A stretch of 56,791 bases of DNA. Origin: a virus. Taxonomy: Duplodnaviria; Caudoviricetes. Shown here in pieces: positions 53,563 to 56,791 of the stretch (its first letter is position 1; each line of letters opens with the position of its first letter). A program made the position numbers and the translations under genes. The stretch is taken from positions 1-56,791 of the IMG/VR virus record IMGVR_UViG_3300030060_005193; one strand, 5' to 3'. The notes beneath the pieces were generated by a model that was given only the letters and a program-made list of their open reading frames with translations, made no database searches and was not told the origin of the DNA.

Positions 53563-55925
53563 GCAAAGATTACAACGACTATCTTACAGACATAGATAAT
53601 ATTGACAAAGTTGGATTACAGTATCAACAAGAACAAGACAATTACACTATGCGAAAAGCAAAATCATATTTGTTTTTTGATGATGATGTTAGGATTGACT
53701 TTTTAGCATCAGAGCGTTTTCCTAATGACCCACGCGGCTCAGAAAAATATGTCAATATAGATGGAGAGCTTTATTACGAAGACACACGCGGTGAAAAAGT
53801 ATATAACAATAAAAAATATACAAGGGAGTTTCCAGACAACGAATCGGTTGGTTTTTTTGCAGATAAGATAGTGCCTAATTTAGCACCCGCAGCAACCTTT
53901 GCAGCAGATGTTGGTGGTGGTATGGCTGGTGCTAGGTATGGGTTCAAAACGGGTCTAGGACAATTAGCAACAGGAGCCAATCCTCTTGCAAAAGCAGCAC
54001 AAAAAAATGTTTATGCTGCTGGAGCTTATTTATTAGGCTCTACTGCTATTGGAGGTTTTGGCGGTAATCTAGTCGCTGGAGCTGTTCCAAGAACAGGTAG
54101 ACAAATTGCTATTGACCAGTTTTATAGTTTGCCCGCGGAAGAAATAGCGGCTGCATCAAAAGACTTAATGATTTCTTCTTCGTTTTCATTAATACCTTTT
54201 GGGCAAGGTAGTGTTGGTACAGGGAGCGTGGTAAGCCTGTTTCGCAGAGACCCAGATACTTTAACGTATTTGATGAATTTAAGAAAAGATGCAGATACAG
54301 TTATGCGAGAAGCAAAAAAGTTTGGTTTTGATTTAACGCCAGCACAAGCAAAAAATATAAATAAAAGAGCAGCAAACATACAATATTATTTAAGCCAACA
54401 ACCTGATAATAGAGCGGTTATGGAGTTTTATGATAGCCAAGCATCACAAATAGCTGAGGCTATAAACGTCTATGCAGATGCTATTGGTTCACAGACAGGA
54501 AGAGTAACTGGCGATGTAAACCAAAGACTTGTTGATACAAGCAAGGACGTGTTAGAAGAGCTTACAAGAAGAAGAAAAGCAAGAGCTACTAAAATTTACA
54601 ATTCATTAAAAAATACACCAGATGGCATTGAGGTTGGCGGTATGCAAGGTGTAATAGATTTAATTGACAGCAAAATTGCTGGCGAGGTATTAGATGGTTC
54701 TGGCAATCTTATAAGAGTTATTGAGCCTGCGCCAAGCACGGTAAAAAATTTAGAAAAGTTTAAAAAAATATTCTATAAAGAAGATGGAACTCTTGTAACT
54801 GATTTGATGGAGCTAGATGCTAGACGTACTACCGAAATGAAAGCACTTGCTTTTAAGTTGCAAGGTAAAGGCACTGGCGACGCAGGACAAATTTACGGCA
54901 TTATGGATAACATGACAGCCTTAATGGACGAGGCACATCCTGATTATGCCTTAGCAAGAAGGGTTTATGACCCAAACAAACCTGCATTACAAATAATTGA
55001 AAGAAGCGCTATCGGTAGATTTGGCAAAATAATGACAGATAAACAAACGGCTAATGCAATGAAAGAGCTGTTTAATCCCAATGTTTCATTACAATCTCTA
55101 AGAAACTCAAAAAGAATATTGCAAACAGCTGACCCAGAGTTGTTTAAAGATATTAAAAAACAATACATGATTGATGTTTACGATAGGTTTTACAGGGCCC
55201 AAGATTTACAAAAAGGCATGCCACAACTGCAAAAACATTTTATGCAAGAAAAAAACCGAAAGATGATGCAAATTATGTTAGAGCCAGAAGAATTTAAAAA
55301 CTTTTACAATATGAATGAGCTTATGGGAATGGCCTTTAGCATATCACCTGGTGGTTCGCAAACGCAGCCATTGACAGAAATGGCAAGCAAAATGTTAAAT
55401 GAGGCCTTAAGCGGCAATATCAAAGCAATAAATTTTGGACAACTTCTTTTAAACACTCCAGGTAGATTCGTAAGTGGTAGGCTTGGTGATGATATGATTA
55501 ATAGAATATCAAAAGAACAACAATACAAGTATCAAGAAGTTCTTACAGATATATTGCTTGCAGACCCAGATGCAGGAAAAACGTTGGATGAGGTTTATAG
55601 ATTTTTCTCCACCAATGATTTTATAGCAAAGCAGTCTGCTTTGAGAGGCGGTGTTGAGGGTTATCAAAGTATCACAGAGCCTTCGGTTCAAGAGTTTCAA
55701 AGCGAGGATATTAGAAATCAAGAGCCTAGAGAGGGGATTATTTATGACCAGTATTTAGAAGATATTAAGAATATATCACCTGACAGCGGAGCTATGAATA
55801 TACCAGCTCCAAGTGCGCCAACAGATTTAAGTCCACCACAAATGTTATCTCCGACTATATTGCCAGATGAGAAAGATAGAGAGATTGCAATGCGCCGAGT
55901 TGGCGGTTTAGGTTCTTTAGTCTAA
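53559..55925 (+). CDS. Putative large internal virion/ejection protein
   Basis: Gly-rich hydrophobic segment, LTPAQA, helical, C-terminal GGLGSLV. Confidence 0.6.
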   Translation: MSKDYNDYLTDIDNIDKVGLQYQQEQDNYTMRKAKSYLFFDDDVRIDFLASERFPNDPRGSEKYVNIDGELYYEDTRGEKVYNNKKYTREFPDNESVGFFADKIVPNLAPAATFAADVGGGMAGARYGFKTGLGQLATGANPLAKAAQKNVYAAGAYLLGSTAIGGFGGNLVAGAVPRTGRQIAIDQFYSLPAEEIAAASKDLMISSSFSLIPFGQGSVGTGSVVSLFRRDPDTLTYLMNLRKDADTVMREAKKFGFDLTPAQAKNINKRAANIQYYLSQQPDNRAVMEFYDSQASQIAEAINVYADAIGSQTGRVTGDVNQRLVDTSKDVLEELTRRRKARATKIYNSLKNTPDGIEVGGMQGVIDLIDSKIAGEVLDGSGNLIRVIEPAPSTVKNLEKFKKIFYKEDGTLVTDLMELDARRTTEMKALAFKLQGKGTGDAGQIYGIMDNMTALMDEAHPDYALARRVYDPNKPALQIIERSAIGRFGKIMTDKQTANAMKELFNPNVSLQSLRNSKRILQTADPELFKDIKKQYMIDVYDRFYRAQDLQKGMPQLQKHFMQEKNRKMMQIMLEPEEFKNFYNMNELMGMAFSISPGGSQTQPLTEMASKMLNEALSGNIKAINFGQLLLNTPGRFVSGRLGDDMINRISKEQQYKYQEVLTDILLADPDAGKTLDEVYRFFSTNDFIAKQSALRGGVEGYQSITEPSVQEFQSEDIRNQEPREGIIYDQYLEDIKNISPDSGAMNIPAPSAPTDLSPPQMLSPTILPDEKDREIAMRRVGGLGSLV

Positions 55926-56171
55926 AGAATTGAAAGCTTTGATAACGGCACCAACCACTTCGTAATCTAGTTCATAACCCATAACGGTTTCTCCGTTTAT
56001 ATCAAATTCTAAGTTTCTTGATATAAGACGTATTAGAGCTGCTTGCTGGTGCATAGTTAATCTACTAAACACATCAATAACCTCTTGTGCTTCCATAACA
56101 GGTTTGTAGGATTGTGGTATTGGCTTATTATTTTTTGACATAATATTTTTAAACAACTGCTTCATCTGCAT
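55917..56171 (-). CDS. Hypothetical protein (start may be 56165)
   Basis: ORF downstream of the RHH gene, convergent with the virion operon. Confidence 0.6.
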   Translation of the reverse strand: MQMKQLFKNIMSKNNKPIPQSYKPVMEAQEVIDVFSRLTMHQQAALIRLISRNLEFDINGETVMGYELDYEVVGAVIKAFNSLD

Positions 56172-56322
56172 TGGCCGTAGCTAATCTTTTATGTTCTTTT
56201 TGGATTAAAACTTTTAATTGGTCAATTTTGGAACGATGTTCCATTTGACATATTTCATCCAATAAATTGTATGTAGCTGGGTCTACTGCTAAACTTTTTC
56301 TTATCTCTTTGCCTTCATTCAT
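56149..56322 (-). CDS. Ribbon-helix-helix (Arc/MetJ/CopG-like) DNA-binding protein (57 aa, not in the ORF track)
   Basis: MNEGKEIRKSLAVDPATYNLLDEICQMEHRSKIDQLKVLIQKEHKRL...; strand-helix-RS-helix pattern; upstream TTGTAT-N17-TAGAAT. Confidence 0.65.
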   Translation of the reverse strand: MNEGKEIRKSLAVDPATYNLLDEICQMEHRSKIDQLKVLIQKEHKRLATANADEAVV

Positions 56323-56387
56323 ATTGGTTCCATATAATAAATATATTTTTAGTTTGGTATATTCTATAAAAATTTGGACAAATATAC

Positions 56388-56791
56388 AACTAATTATTTA
56401 AGTTTATCTGATATACTATTTTTATGTATAAACTGAAAAACTATCTATTAAGTATGCAATCACACTGGATGATTAACCATAAGACTTATCAAGCGGTCCA
56501 AGATACCTTGCCACATATAGTTAAATACAAAGCAGCTATGGGTTTGAAAGATATGGAACAAACACCAGCGCACGATATAGTAAAAAAAATATATCCAGAT
56601 ATTTATAAAGTGCCCTTGTTTCGCAGACATTTTTGTACGATGTTGTTAAGAGAAATAGAACAAATGAAAAAAGAAATAAAGTTTGCGGGCAATGATGATG
56701 AGGACACTTTAAGACAGATACCAGAAATTGTTTTAAAAGAACAAGTACCTGAGCTATATAGGACCATGTGGTTTGTAGTTCAATCTGTTTT
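56388..56791. repeat. Terminal redundancy, right copy; contains the truncated 5' part of the first oxygenase gene (ATG at 56424)
   Basis: Matches 1-404. Confidence 0.95.

Noticed and set aside
17066-55721. Many minus-strand ORFs opposite structural genes (e.g. 17759-18313, 26967-27461, 35509-35991, 49166-49564)
   Set aside because: Shadow frames of well-supported + strand genes with no promoter, RBS or protein-like composition, unlike 15819-16046

Overview
The window is an apparently complete, AT-rich tailed dsDNA phage genome of about 56.4 kb. Positions 1-404 recur at 56388-56791 with 11 substitutions. It has a P22/podovirus-like virion module (TerL, portal, GroES-like co-chaperonin, scaffold, Mu-gpT-like major capsid, adaptors, gp10-like tail hub, four large internal/ejection proteins), a YadA-repeat tail fibre with an S74 chaperone, a Toprim-primase/VapE replicase with no DNA polymerase, a RecE-like exonuclease, two DNA methyltransferases, a short serine recombinase and four 2OG-Fe(II) oxygenases. 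This content resembles uncultured marine proteobacterial phages (inference). Two systems stand out. (1) Inside the lysis region sits a curli/type VIII secretion plus trans-envelope signalling cassette: two paralogous membrane proteins, CsgF, CsgG, a curlin-like secreted protein, a FecR-domain protein ending in curlin-like strands, and a CHASE2 class III adenylyl cyclase with intact catalytic residues. (2) A modular polymorphic-toxin-like protein (RelA/SpoT-type synthetase plus ADP-ribosyltransferase-like domain) carries, antisense within its 3' end, an acidic candidate immunity gene with its own leaderless promoter. That promoter shares a 10-bp-periodic TTGYAA array with the early-gene promoters. 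Other signals: shared peptide tags on putative packaged proteins ([M/F/Y]xxGG; N-terminal MAISRAQ shared with the capsid protein), an unannotated ribbon-helix-helix regulator, G-U-containing RNA hairpins, a candidate origin, and apparent avoidance of GATC, TCGA and CCGG. All family calls come from reading motifs by eye, not from database searches.
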